Sequence record: SRR2962707_1082
DNA: 64,000 nucleotides
Strand: one strand, 5' to 3'
Below the pieces are notes generated by a model. The model saw nothing but the letters and a program-made list of their open reading frames with translations. It was not told where the DNA came from and did not search any database. Position 1 is the stretch's first letter, and each line of letters begins with the position of its first letter. This document shows, piece by piece, positions 18,985 to 28,551 of this stretch. The position numbers were made by a program, and so were the translations under genes.

Positions 18985-19644
18985 ATGGAAAATCTCGATG
19001 AAATGATTGCCATTATTACGCTATCGCTTCGTGTGAGCGTGATTGCATCTTTGATAGGCCTTGCCGTTGGTGCGCCGCTCGGCGCTTTTATGTGTATGGT
19101 TGAAGGCAAGGTACATGATGTTTGGCTGACGATATTTAGCGCATTGCTTGCTGCGCCAACGGTTGTTGTTGGCTTGCTTGTCTATCTGCTGCTGTCTCGT
19201 TCTGGCCCGCTCGGGTTCCTAGGCATTTTATTTACGCCAACGGCCATTGTCATTGCGCAAATTGTCATCACATTGCCGGTTATCATTATTTTTGTGCATC
19301 GCGCTTGTGCCGGCCCTTGGGCAGAACTGGGCGATGCGCTGCGCATTGATGCGCCAACGCGCACACGCCGCATGATTGAGCTGATGAAAGTTGCTAAGGC
19401 TGGTATTGTCACCGCGTTTCTGGTCGCCTTCGGCCGCGCCATATCTGAAGTGGGTGCGGTGATGATTGTGGGCGGCAATATTCTTGGTTCAACGCGGGTG
19501 ATGACAACCGCGATCACGCTTGAAACGCGCCAAGGCAACTTTTCTACCGCCGTGTGGCTGGGTGTGGTTTTGCTGGCGATTTCACTTGCCGTCACCGTCG
19601 TGACTTATCTAGTTACCCGTGAAGGCAAGGCATTTGCCAAATAG
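18985..19644 (+). CDS. ABC transporter permease, tungstate TupB-like
   Basis: PTVVVGLLVYLLLSRSGPLG, AFGRAISEVGAVMIVGGNI and TRVMTTAITLE. Confidence 0.82.
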   Translation: MENLDEMIAIITLSLRVSVIASLIGLAVGAPLGAFMCMVEGKVHDVWLTIFSALLAAPTVVVGLLVYLLLSRSGPLGFLGILFTPTAIVIAQIVITLPVIIIFVHRACAGPWAELGDALRIDAPTRTRRMIELMKVAKAGIVTAFLVAFGRAISEVGAVMIVGGNILGSTRVMTTAITLETRQGNFSTAVWLGVVLLAISLAVTVVTYLVTREGKAFAK

Positions 19645-19650
19645 GCTTTC

Positions 19651-20649
19651 CTAAGCCACCAAGAGCTGTTTGCGTTCTGCCCGTTCTTGTTGTGGCGATT
19701 TGGCGTAGAGCTCGCGGTAACATTTGGAAAAATGCGAGGCAGAGACAAAGCCGCTCGCAATAGCGATTTCAACCACGGGCAGGGAAGATTGCACCAGCAA
19801 GTGGCGGGCGCGGTCTAGCCGGATTTCAAGATAATAACGCGCTGGCGAACGGCCCATTTCTTGCCTGAAAAGGCGCTCGATCTGGCGGCGCGAAAGGCCA
19901 ACATGGTCGGCAATTTCAAGCAGCGAAAGAGGCTCTGAGAGATTTGCTTCCATCAATTCAATGATAGAGAGGACTCTGCTGTTTTGAACGCCCAAACGCG
20001 CACGCAGCGGCAGGCGTTGGCGATCCGTGGCTGCACGTACACGGTCTGTCAGCATCTGTTCGCAAATGCGATTGACCAATTCGTCATCAAAATCCTGCGC
20101 GATGAGCGATAACATCATATCAAGGGACGCTGTGCCGCCTGCGCAGGTGTATATATTGCCGTCGACTTCAAACAGATCCGCATAGACTTCAGCGTTTGGA
20201 AAGCTCTCTTGAAAGCCTGGCATATCTTCCCAGTGAATTGCGCAACGTTTGCCGCTCAAAAGACCGGCTGACGCCAAAATATAAGCAGCGGTGCACAGGC
20301 CGCCTACAGCCACGCCGCGCGCATGTTCTTCGCGCACGAGGCCTGTCAGCGCTTTGCTGGCATAATTTGCAATGTTGACGCCGCCGCAAATCAAAAACAT
20401 CGACGGCTTATTAGCGTCATTGAGCAGCTTGCGCTCTTCTTCGATGGATGTTTTGACGAGAATTTCTACACCGTTTGATGCGACTTCAGAGGCGCCGTTC
20501 TGGCTTGATAGGCGCCAAGAATAGGCTTTATAGCCAAGCATACGATTTGCTGAGCGCAACGCTTCAATGGCCGATGTGAAGGCCATCATCGTAAACTCTG
20601 GAACGAGGTAGAAAACTACATTCCGCTTTGGCGCAACCGGCTCAACCAT
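19651..20649 (-). CDS. GlxA/GbdR-type AraC regulator with amidase-like domain (GATR family)
   Basis: FTMMAFTSAIEALRSANR, CAIHWE, TCAGGTA, LSRRQIERLF and GFVSASHFSKCYR. Confidence 0.92.
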   Translation of the reverse strand: MVEPVAPKRNVVFYLVPEFTMMAFTSAIEALRSANRMLGYKAYSWRLSSQNGASEVASNGVEILVKTSIEEERKLLNDANKPSMFLICGGVNIANYASKALTGLVREEHARGVAVGGLCTAAYILASAGLLSGKRCAIHWEDMPGFQESFPNAEVYADLFEVDGNIYTCAGGTASLDMMLSLIAQDFDDELVNRICEQMLTDRVRAATDRQRLPLRARLGVQNSRVLSIIELMEANLSEPLSLLEIADHVGLSRRQIERLFRQEMGRSPARYYLEIRLDRARHLLVQSSLPVVEIAIASGFVSASHFSKCYRELYAKSPQQERAERKQLLVA

Positions 20650-20795
20650 TTGCCTTAAATCCCTAATGGTGACGTTACAAAATGCGCCACTCTTAAACGG
20701 AGTTTAAGTCGGCTCATTTTGATTTTGCAAGCGAAATAAAAGCGCCTCTATTCAGTCATTTAGACTGCGATAGCACCATAAAAGGTGAGGACTGT

Positions 20796-22835
20796 TTAAG
20801 TCCTAGATCGGCGACCACCAGATCGACGCGGTTTGGCTGCATTGCCATCGGCATCAAGTCCGGCATTAGGCTTGCGTTCGGGCAGCTTGACAACTTTTGC
20901 GAGTTTGTCAAATGGGTCGACTTTATTGGGCAGCGCCATTGCATAAATGAAGTGCTCTTGGAACTTTGGTTCAAGCGCGGTTTCAACTTTTTCGATCTCG
21001 CGTACGGTCTTTTCGATCTCGCGTCTAAAGTCGCGATTTATCAAAGCCATGCGTGCGCCAGTACCAGCGGCATTGCCAACGGCTTTCACGTTTTCAATGT
21101 CGCAATCGGGGATGAGGCCAAGCACCATCGCGTATTTTGGATCAATGAATGAACCAAAAGCGCCAGCGAAGCGGATTTGATCGACTTGCGTGATGTTTTG
21201 CTTATCCATCAGCAATTTAATGCCTGCATAAAGCGCTGCTTTGGCAAGCTGAATAGCGCGTACATCGGTTTGTGTGATGACGATTTTCTGCTTTCCATCA
21301 TGGAGCAGATAAGAAAAAGTGCGTCCGTTTTCGGTAATGCGCGGTGATTTTGCCGCTAGGCTGCCATCAATCACGCCATCTTCGGAGATGATGCCGGAAA
21401 GGAACATTTCGGCGACAACTTCAATGATGCCTGAGCCACAAATGCCTGTGATACCAGTGGTTTTAACGCCTTCGGCAAAGCCTTCTTCGTCAGACCAACG
21501 TTCGGTTCCGATCACGCGGAAACGTGGCTCTAGCGTTTCAGGATCGATGCGCACGCGCTCGATTGCGCCAGGTGCTGCGCGTTGGCCGCCAGAAATTTCA
21601 GCGCCCTCAAAGGCTGGACCCGTGGGCGAAGAGGCGGCAACAGTGTGCTGCTTATTACCCAAAACGATTTCAGCATTTGTGCCAACATCGACCAAGAGCA
21701 TAATGTCATCAGAGCGGTGCGGACCTTCAGCCAGCGTTGCCGCGGCCGCATCCGCGCCGACATGGCCAGCAATACAAGGCAGCATATACATGCGTGCGCC
21801 GGGGCTAATGTGTAGATCATTGGCCGCTGCAGGCATTTCGACGGCATCAGAAACCGCCAGCGCAAAAGGTGCGCCGCCAAGCTCTGTCGGATCAATGCCA
21901 AGGAAGAGGTGATGCATAATCGGGTTGCCGACGAAAACACTGTCGAGCACGTCGGTGCGGTCAATGCCCGATTGCGTAACGACTTCTTCGATCAATTCGT
22001 TGATCGTGTCGCGCACAGCAATCGTCATCGCCTCGCGGCCTTCAGGGTTCATCATCACATAGGAAACGCGGCTCATCAAATCTTCGCCAAAGCGAATTTG
22101 TGGGTTTGATGCGCCTGAAGAAGCTATGGTTGCGCCCGATAGAAGTGAGACAAGATGCAGCGCAATGGTGGTTGAACCAATGTCGCATGCGATGCCATAG
22201 GCTTCGTTCTTCAAACCCGGCCATATAGAGATAATTGTGCCTGCACCGCCAACACGGCTCTGGTGCACGGCAACGGTAACGGCCCAATTGCCTTTGCGCA
22301 AAATCGATTGAACTTGGCCCAAAAGATGCGGGTCAATGGATAGATCGCCAAAGCCCCAGTCAGCGCGAAGCGCAACCATCATGCGGTCAAGATCGCCCAA
22401 GGGCTTGTGCATATCTGGTTCTTCAACCTCAACGTAGCAAAGCTGAACGGCGGGGTTTCGGTCAAATACTTTGGTGTCTGCGGCTTTGCGCACAACCTGC
22501 GCATTGACCTGAACGTCCAAAGGAATATCGACAACAAGGTCGCCTTCAATCGTGGATGAGCAAGAGAGGCGGCGGCCCTCTTTTAGATCGCGCAGTTCTT
22601 TATAACGGGCCTCTTTTGGTCCGAAGGCGGAAATGTTTTCTGCTTTAGATTCAATGCCATGCTTGGCGAAGTTACCAGTTTGAATCTGCACCTGACAACG
22701 CCCGCAAATGCCGCGTCCGCCACAAACGGATTCGACATAGACGCCCAGATCGCGCGCCGCTTCGAGTAGGTTTGTGCCTTTCTCAAAACGGCCGCGTTTG
22801 CCTGACGGCGTGAAGACGACAAGGTGCTGACTCAT
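20796..22835 (-). CDS. ASKHA-domain reductive activator of corrinoid proteins (RamA/RACo-like) with N-terminal 2Fe-2S ferredoxin
   Basis: CGGRGICGRC, RLSC, DIGSTT, GHVGAD, DVGTNAEI, GPAFEG, GICGSG and AGAFG. Confidence 0.92.
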   Translation of the reverse strand: MSQHLVVFTPSGKRGRFEKGTNLLEAARDLGVYVESVCGGRGICGRCQVQIQTGNFAKHGIESKAENISAFGPKEARYKELRDLKEGRRLSCSSTIEGDLVVDIPLDVQVNAQVVRKAADTKVFDRNPAVQLCYVEVEEPDMHKPLGDLDRMMVALRADWGFGDLSIDPHLLGQVQSILRKGNWAVTVAVHQSRVGGAGTIISIWPGLKNEAYGIACDIGSTTIALHLVSLLSGATIASSGASNPQIRFGEDLMSRVSYVMMNPEGREAMTIAVRDTINELIEEVVTQSGIDRTDVLDSVFVGNPIMHHLFLGIDPTELGGAPFALAVSDAVEMPAAANDLHISPGARMYMLPCIAGHVGADAAAATLAEGPHRSDDIMLLVDVGTNAEIVLGNKQHTVAASSPTGPAFEGAEISGGQRAAPGAIERVRIDPETLEPRFRVIGTERWSDEEGFAEGVKTTGITGICGSGIIEVVAEMFLSGIISEDGVIDGSLAAKSPRITENGRTFSYLLHDGKQKIVITQTDVRAIQLAKAALYAGIKLLMDKQNITQVDQIRFAGAFGSFIDPKYAMVLGLIPDCDIENVKAVGNAAGTGARMALINRDFRREIEKTVREIEKVETALEPKFQEHFIYAMALPNKVDPFDKLAKVVKLPERKPNAGLDADGNAAKPRRSGGRRSRT

Positions 22836-22841
22836 AAAGCT

Positions 22842-23789
22842 TTATCCAACCCGCGCTGCGCGGCCACCACGGCGACCACCGGCCGAACGGCCACCGGTTG
22901 GCGCAGATGTCGGTGCGCCTTCTGCTGTTGGTGCGTAGTCTCTAAAATTCATGATCCAGTTGGTGCAGTCAGCATCATTGCCAGCCAAAACATTTGCCGC
23001 ATGGACAGCTTCCATTTCAGCAGGGCGGCATGGGTTCATGATCGCCGATGTCATGCCTGATGCAATAACCATCGGGATGAAGGCAGCATTGATGCCATGA
23101 CGATGCGGCAGGCCAAATGATACGTTTGAAAGGCCGCATGTCGTGTTCACGCCAAGTTCTTCGCGCAGACGGCGCACGAGTTTAAACACTTGTTGGCCAG
23201 CATCGCCAAGCGCGCCAATTGGCATAACCAATGGATCGACAATGATGTCATAGGCTGGAATGCCAAAATCAGCAGCGCGTTCAACGATTTTCTTTGCAAC
23301 GGCAAAGCGCACATCTGGGTCCATCGAAATGCCGGTTTCATCGTTTGAAATCGCAACCACAGGCACATTGTATTTTTTAATGAGCGGCAGGATTGCTTCC
23401 AGCTTTTCTTCTTCGCCGGTCACAGAATTGACCAAGGGACGACCTTTGGCAACTTTAAGACCTTCTTCGATTGCTGCTGTCACGGAAGAGTCGATGGAGA
23501 GCGGAATATCAACAAGACCTTGTACGATCTCCAATGTTTTCACCATCAGGCCCGGCTCAGTCGCGTTCGGGTCAACGGAGGTCACGCCCGCATTAATGTC
23601 GAGCATGGTTGCGCCGGCGGCTACCTGAGCCAGTGCATCGGCGATAACCGTGTCGAAATTACCAGCCATCATTTCTGCGGCGAGTTTCTTGCGGCCTGTC
23701 GGGTTGATGCGCTCACCAATCACGCAAAATGGTTGGTCAAAACCAATGATGATTTCTTTTGTAGCGGATGCAACGATGGTACGTGTCAT
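22842..23789 (-). CDS. methyltetrahydrofolate:corrinoid methyltransferase (pterin-binding module of split MetH)
   Basis: IGERINPTGRKKL, LDINAG, LSIDSS, NSVTGE and GLSNVSFGLP. Confidence 0.92.
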   Translation of the reverse strand: MTRTIVASATKEIIIGFDQPFCVIGERINPTGRKKLAAEMMAGNFDTVIADALAQVAAGATMLDINAGVTSVDPNATEPGLMVKTLEIVQGLVDIPLSIDSSVTAAIEEGLKVAKGRPLVNSVTGEEEKLEAILPLIKKYNVPVVAISNDETGISMDPDVRFAVAKKIVERAADFGIPAYDIIVDPLVMPIGALGDAGQQVFKLVRRLREELGVNTTCGLSNVSFGLPHRHGINAAFIPMVIASGMTSAIMNPCRPAEMEAVHAANVLAGNDADCTNWIMNFRDYAPTAEGAPTSAPTGGRSAGGRRGGRAARVG

Positions 23790-23803
23790 AAAATTCTCCC
23801 TGA

Positions 23804-23825
23804 GATATAAAGACTTGTTTATATC
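23804..23825. promoter_or_regulatory. palindromic operator upstream of the methyl-THF:corrinoid methyltransferase gene (SahR/SamR-like)
   Basis: GATATAAA-GACTTG-TTTATATC; near-identical palindrome at 39715-39734. Confidence 0.65.
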
Positions 23826-23840
23826 GTTATGTAATGTTGA

Positions 23841-24935
23841 TCAAGTGTTAGAAGCAGCTTCCTCAGCCATTTCTGCGGGGATTTGTTTTTGTCCATCCGC
23901 TAGTTCTTCAATGCGTTCTGCCAAAATCGCTGTATCGGGCGATGCTTCGCGTTTCCAAGGTTTCCGGTCTTTCAGAACGCCTGATTCGTGGACGATTTCG
24001 GCTACAAATTCTTCTTGCCGATAGGCCATCACGTGAACGCCGGATATGCCTTCAATTTCTTTGACCTCTTGAATGATGTCGATGCAGAGCTGCTTGCCTT
24101 CTGCCTTTTGTTTTTCTGCGCCTTCAAGGCGGGCGATAATCGAATCAGGGATATGCACACCGGGCACGTTTGAGCGCATCCAGCGGGCCGTTTTTGCCGA
24201 GGCAAGAGGGCCGACACCTGCCATGATAAAGCATTTTTCATGCAGGCCCATATCAACAACGCGCTTCATATATTCGCGCATCATTGGCACATCAAAACAG
24301 TATTGGCTTTGTACGAATTGCGCACCGGCTTCGATTTTCTTTTTAAGGCGCAGTGGGCGGAAATCATAGGGCGGTGCAAATGGATTGATTGCCGCGCCAA
24401 GAAATACGTTTGGCGGCGATGTTATTTGGCGGCCTGACAGGAACTTTGCTTCGTCGCGCATGGTGCGGGCAGTTTCTAATAACGACATACAGTCCAAATC
24501 AAACACTGGCTTTGCGCCCGGCTGATCGCCAGCCTGAACGCCGTCGCCCGTAAGGCACATAATGTTTTGTACGCCCATTGCAGAAGCGCCAAGGATATCG
24601 CCTTGAATCGCAATCCGGTTTTTATCGCGGCAAGCGATCTGCAAAATTGGCGCATAGCCCATGCGGGTGAGCAGCGCGCAAATTGCGACCGATGACATAT
24701 GGCAATTGGCGCCAGAGGCATCGACCGCATTAATGCCATCGACCCAGCCTTCAAAAATGGCAGCGCGCTCGTAAACTTCAGTTGGGTCGGCGCTATCAGG
24801 CGGATTAAGCTCTGATGTCACGGCAAATTCACCGCGGCGCAACACGCGTTCTAGGCGGCCATGCGATGAATGGCCAGGTAGCGGATCAAGCGGCGCGCCC
24901 GGATCAAGCGGATTAATGTCCATGGAAGAGCTCAT
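23841..24935 (-). CDS. metF: methylenetetrahydrofolate reductase (MetF family)
   Basis: VTSELNPP, QIACRDKNR, CLTGD, KKKIEAGAQFVQSQYCFD and GVHIP. Confidence 0.85.
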   Translation of the reverse strand: MSSSMDINPLDPGAPLDPLPGHSSHGRLERVLRRGEFAVTSELNPPDSADPTEVYERAAIFEGWVDGINAVDASGANCHMSSVAICALLTRMGYAPILQIACRDKNRIAIQGDILGASAMGVQNIMCLTGDGVQAGDQPGAKPVFDLDCMSLLETARTMRDEAKFLSGRQITSPPNVFLGAAINPFAPPYDFRPLRLKKKIEAGAQFVQSQYCFDVPMMREYMKRVVDMGLHEKCFIMAGVGPLASAKTARWMRSNVPGVHIPDSIIARLEGAEKQKAEGKQLCIDIIQEVKEIEGISGVHVMAYRQEEFVAEIVHESGVLKDRKPWKREASPDTAILAERIEELADGQKQIPAEMAEEAASNT

Positions 24936-25501
24936 TGTTTATCCGCCTCCTTTTGGAGCGCAGTTTGCGCTGTGACACGCAGCCAAGATGATGTTTCGCG
25001 CAGCGATTGATCGACAGGTTTTTGAATGTTGAGAATTTTGCTTTGGCCAGCCTTCATGGTGCTGGCGCCATTCCATGCCTGCACCCAGACGCAGGGCATA
25101 TCGGGTTCAACTTCGCAGTTGCCGTTTGCCCGAACACCGCCGCACGGGCCGTTGCGCAGCTGTTTGGGGCAATTCATCGGGCAAGACATGCCGGTTGAAG
25201 ACAACGCGCATTGACCGCACATGCGGCAATCAAAGAGCAGGCCTTTGACGTGTTTTTCAATAAAGGTGATTGGCTTTTCTGCACGGTGATAGCCAATTTT
25301 CTTCCACACGGGGTGCAGAAACAAAAAGACATCGGCAAACTTTTCATAAAACCATTCGAAGAACCGTGCATGGCGCACGGCCCAAAGCCGAATGGTGAAA
25401 CGTCGCTGTCCGCGGCGATTGGGGCTGACGTTGGCAGGCTGAAAATCGGATTTGGCGTTGGTGCGCCTTAGTTTGGAAGTCCAAGTTTCAAGTCTTGCCA
25501 T
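24932..25501 (-). CDS. MTHFR C-terminal / MetV-like Cys-rich subunit
   Basis: DCRMCGQC, CPMNCPKQLRNGPCGG and CEVEPDMPCVW; overlaps metF start (ATGA). Confidence 0.85.
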   Translation of the reverse strand: MARLETWTSKLRRTNAKSDFQPANVSPNRRGQRRFTIRLWAVRHARFFEWFYEKFADVFLFLHPVWKKIGYHRAEKPITFIEKHVKGLLFDCRMCGQCALSSTGMSCPMNCPKQLRNGPCGGVRANGNCEVEPDMPCVWVQAWNGASTMKAGQSKILNIQKPVDQSLRETSSWLRVTAQTALQKEADKQ

Positions 25502-25507
25502 TTAGTT

Positions 25508-25810
25508 TCAGCTTTCTTTGCCATCGCCTTTTACCAAAGCGACCAATCTTTCTTTGTCGTATGCAGCTTCAATTTCATCGGCCGCTTTTTGTGCTTCGGC
25601 TTCTAGATCGTCTGAAACCGTTTCAGGATCTGCTTTGCGCCATTCGGCCAGATAGGCATCGCTGTCTCTGGCTCCTATACGCATGGCGCACATATCAATT
25701 GCTTCGGTAAAACGAAGGGAAAGCTCGCGTTTTGCCACGTTGCGCCGTCCCGATTTAACGATAACTTGCGCTGGAATATCGCGCCAATATACAATGATTT
25801 TGTCAGCCAA
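25508..25810 (-). CDS. small protein of the so-called 'virulence factor' domain family
   Basis: IVYWRDIPAQV, RFTEAIDMCAM and YLAEWR; AGGA RBS before a TTG start at 25810. Confidence 0.8.
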   Translation of the reverse strand: MADKIIVYWRDIPAQVIVKSGRRNVAKRELSLRFTEAIDMCAMRIGARDSDAYLAEWRKADPETVSDDLEAEAQKAADEIEAAYDKERLVALVKGDGKES

Positions 25811-25867
25811 AACTTTTCCTATCTGCATTGAATGTGTCTTAAGAAATCACGCGCAGCTTGTTGCATG

Positions 25868-25894
25868 GCGACGGGCCAAGATCAAAAAGCGACA
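25868..25894 (-). promoter_or_regulatory. tandem TGTCGC-type repeat with 21-bp period (GATR/AraC-type box)
   Basis: Minus strand TGTCGC (25894-25889) and CGTCGC (25873-25868), upstream of the minus-strand C1 operon. Confidence 0.55.
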
Positions 25895-25970
25895 GCCGAA
25901 TAATTGAGGTTATACCAGTTTTTATTATTGGCGCTCAAAAACTGCGCCAAAATCTGTCTGGCAATTGCGC

Positions 25971-26630
25971 TTAGTGGCCTGCCAAAATCCATGAAAAGCC
26001 AAGATGGATGGCCATTACCATCGCAATCAAAAGCGCCACAGAAGCTGCGCCAAGAACGATGCCGACGATGAGAAGGCGGCCGTCGCGTTCAGATAAGGCT
26101 GTGCCGACAACAGCGCAGGAAAATGCGGGGAACCAGTTGCCAAGAGGCACTGGCAGTACGACCGCAATGCCCAAAATAAGCGCGATAATGCCCACAATCT
26201 TTTCGCCTTGGCGCGCTGAACTAAACGGCCAATTGCGTGGCTTTACGTATGATTCAATCTTTTCTAGCGCAGGGATCATCCGCGTTGTCATTTTGTGAAA
26301 TGCTTTTTGGCTCAGCGATTGCTTTAAGAAAAACTCCGGCAACCAGACGGTGCGTTGTCCCATAATCATTTGCGCGGCGACGATGACAATCGGCACACCA
26401 AGCACAACGGTGGAGCCTGGCGGGAAGGGCAAAAGATTGATCAAGCATGTGATGATTAGAAAGGTCGCAAATGAACGATCAGCGAGCGCTGTTCTAATGC
26501 AGCGTATCGTCACCGGTTCCGAACCGCCGCGTTCCGACAGTTCGCGCAAGACAGCCGAAAGCGGACGCGGTTTATAGTCCACAACCGTTTCCTCATGCTC
26601 TTGATTTATGTCGACTGATTCGTGAAACAT
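25971..26630 (-). CDS. exoD: ExoD-family exopolysaccharide biosynthesis membrane protein
   Basis: LADRSF, LINLLPFPPG, VWLP, KPR, PVPLGNWFPA and ERDG. Confidence 0.85.
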   Translation of the reverse strand: MFHESVDINQEHEETVVDYKPRPLSAVLRELSERGGSEPVTIRCIRTALADRSFATFLIITCLINLLPFPPGSTVVLGVPIVIVAAQMIMGQRTVWLPEFFLKQSLSQKAFHKMTTRMIPALEKIESYVKPRNWPFSSARQGEKIVGIIALILGIAVVLPVPLGNWFPAFSCAVVGTALSERDGRLLIVGIVLGAASVALLIAMVMAIHLGFSWILAGH

Positions 26631-26715
26631 TTAGCCACCAGAAATAACTGCGTTCTGGCCTATCATTGCGTTATGAATATTACATAAACGAAAATTTATA
26701 AGATTTATTTTCGCC

Positions 26716-27348
26716 TTAGGAATATTGAACTTGGTTACTCAAAAGTGACTGTTCAAGATCACCGAAGCCCGTAAATTGGCGCTCATAGCGAAGGCCCAGC
26801 AGGTCTGCAACTTCTTTTGCCCTTTTATCGAGGGCCGGATCATTTGTTTGAGCCAAATAAAGTGCGCGCTCATAATTGCCGAAATAGATATCAAGCAGTT
26901 CAGGATGACGATCCAGCCCCAGTGGGCGAATGAGAAATGTTTCATAGTGGCGGGCAAGAAAATCGGTGATGAAAAACGTTGTCACATATTCATCTAATGT
27001 CGCGTCAAATTGGTCGTTGCCGATATAAAATGAAAAACAATGCGGCCCTGCTATCCGCTCTACGCCATGTTTGGCACAAACTTTGTCGAGCTCGCCGCCT
27101 GTGCCGCAGTCTGCATAGCCAACGAAAATATCATCATAACCTTCCGCGCGCGCAGCGATGATTGCTGTGTCGAGCGCAGGCGCGATCTTTTGAGGATGGT
27201 GATGATATTCAGCGGGCAGACAGGTCAGCGAGATGTGGCCTAATTTGTTCTTGTCGCAAATATCTAATATTTCGCGCGCGATCATGCCGCACGCAATGAC
27301 ACGTATCTTGCCTTTATTATTGGTGTCTTGGTTCAAAATATTTGCCAT
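26716..27348 (-). CDS. DUF1638 domain protein (associated with split methionine synthase)
   Basis: IACGMIARE, CLPAEYHHHP, YADCGTGG, GPHCFSFY, FFITDFL and GLDRHPEL. Confidence 0.85.
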   Translation of the reverse strand: MANILNQDTNNKGKIRVIACGMIAREILDICDKNKLGHISLTCLPAEYHHHPQKIAPALDTAIIAARAEGYDDIFVGYADCGTGGELDKVCAKHGVERIAGPHCFSFYIGNDQFDATLDEYVTTFFITDFLARHYETFLIRPLGLDRHPELLDIYFGNYERALYLAQTNDPALDKRAKEVADLLGLRYERQFTGFGDLEQSLLSNQVQYS

Positions 27349-27459
27349 AATCGTGCCTTAACTACTTATCTAATAGAACAAAGATGGTATTGACCAGTGC
27401 GTCTGCGTCGCCCAAAGACGCATTCATACTCAATTTTGGCCTTGATTTTGGAAAAACTA

Positions 27460-28551
27460 ATGCGTGCTCCGGAACTAACAATCGTTTTACCGGCTTACAA
27501 TGAAGCGGGAAACATTCCTGCTATTGTTCCCAAAATTGCAGATGCAATGGGTGATATTCCCTATGAAGTAATCGTCGTGGATGACAATAGCCCCGATGGT
27601 ACGGCTGCGGTCACCCGTGATTTGGCAAAAACCCATCCTAATCTCAGGTGTATTCGCCGTGTTGGCCGCCGTGGTCTGTCGGGTGCCTGTATCGAGGGCA
27701 TGATGGCCGCCAATGCGCCTGTTGTCGTTATTATGGATGCGGATATGCAGCATGATGAAACGCGGCTTCCGGTCATGTTGGCTGAGATCAATAAAGGCGC
27801 TGATCTGGTTATCGGTTCGCGCTATGTCGATGGCGGCGATCACAAGGCCGGTTTCCAGCAAAAGACGCGCGCTAAGGGCAGTGAAATTGCCACAGGTCTC
27901 GCAAACCTTATTACTGCCAATTACACGACCGATCCGATGAGCGGCTTTTTTATGCTCAATCGCAGCTTGGCAGATAAAGCGGCGGAAGCGGTTTCACGCG
28001 ATGGATTTAAAATCCTGTTTGATATTGTAAGCCGTTATGGCCCTGAGTTGAAAATCGCCGAAGTACCGTTCCAGTTTCGTGAACGCGTTGAGGGCGAGAG
28101 CAAGTTAGGCGCTTTGGTGACCATCCAGTTCCTTGGCCTTTTGGTCTCGCGTTTTACCGGCGGCATTTTTCCAATGCGGTTCTTGCTCTATGCTTTGGTC
28201 GGCCTGTCAGGCCTCGGCGTTCATATGGCGGTTTTGCTTGCGCTCAATACGGGCATGGGCGTTGCCTTTTATGAGGCGCAATTCATTGCAGCATTTGTGG
28301 CGATGACTACGAACTTTTTGCTGAACAATGAAGTGACCTATGCGCATCGTAAACTTACAGGCTCGCGCTTTGTGTTCGGTCTTTTCACATTCTATTTGGT
28401 GTGTAGCATTGGCGCGATTGCCAATTTGTCGATTGCGACCAATATTTTAGAGGTCAATCACTCGGCAACTTTTGCAGGGCTTGTTGGCGCGCTTATGAAT
28501 GCAGTCTTCAACTACGCAGTTACGAAGCTGGTTACGTGGCGTGATGCCTAA
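27460..28551 (+). CDS. GT2 polyprenol-phosphate glycosyltransferase fused to a GtrA-like flippase domain
   Basis: PAYNEAGNI, VDDNSPDGT, RRGLSGA, MDADMQHD, DPMSGFF and GESKL; C-terminal 4-TM GtrA domain (NFLLNN). Confidence 0.9.
   Translation: MRAPELTIVLPAYNEAGNIPAIVPKIADAMGDIPYEVIVVDDNSPDGTAAVTRDLAKTHPNLRCIRRVGRRGLSGACIEGMMAANAPVVVIMDADMQHDETRLPVMLAEINKGADLVIGSRYVDGGDHKAGFQQKTRAKGSEIATGLANLITANYTTDPMSGFFMLNRSLADKAAEAVSRDGFKILFDIVSRYGPELKIAEVPFQFRERVEGESKLGALVTIQFLGLLVSRFTGGIFPMRFLLYALVGLSGLGVHMAVLLALNTGMGVAFYEAQFIAAFVAMTTNFLLNNEVTYAHRKLTGSRFVFGLFTFYLVCSIGAIANLSIATNILEVNHSATFAGLVGALMNAVFNYAVTKLVTWRDA

Noticed and set aside
25508-25810. Pathogenicity role from the 'virulence factor' domain name
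   Set aside because: Context is purely C1/folate metabolism
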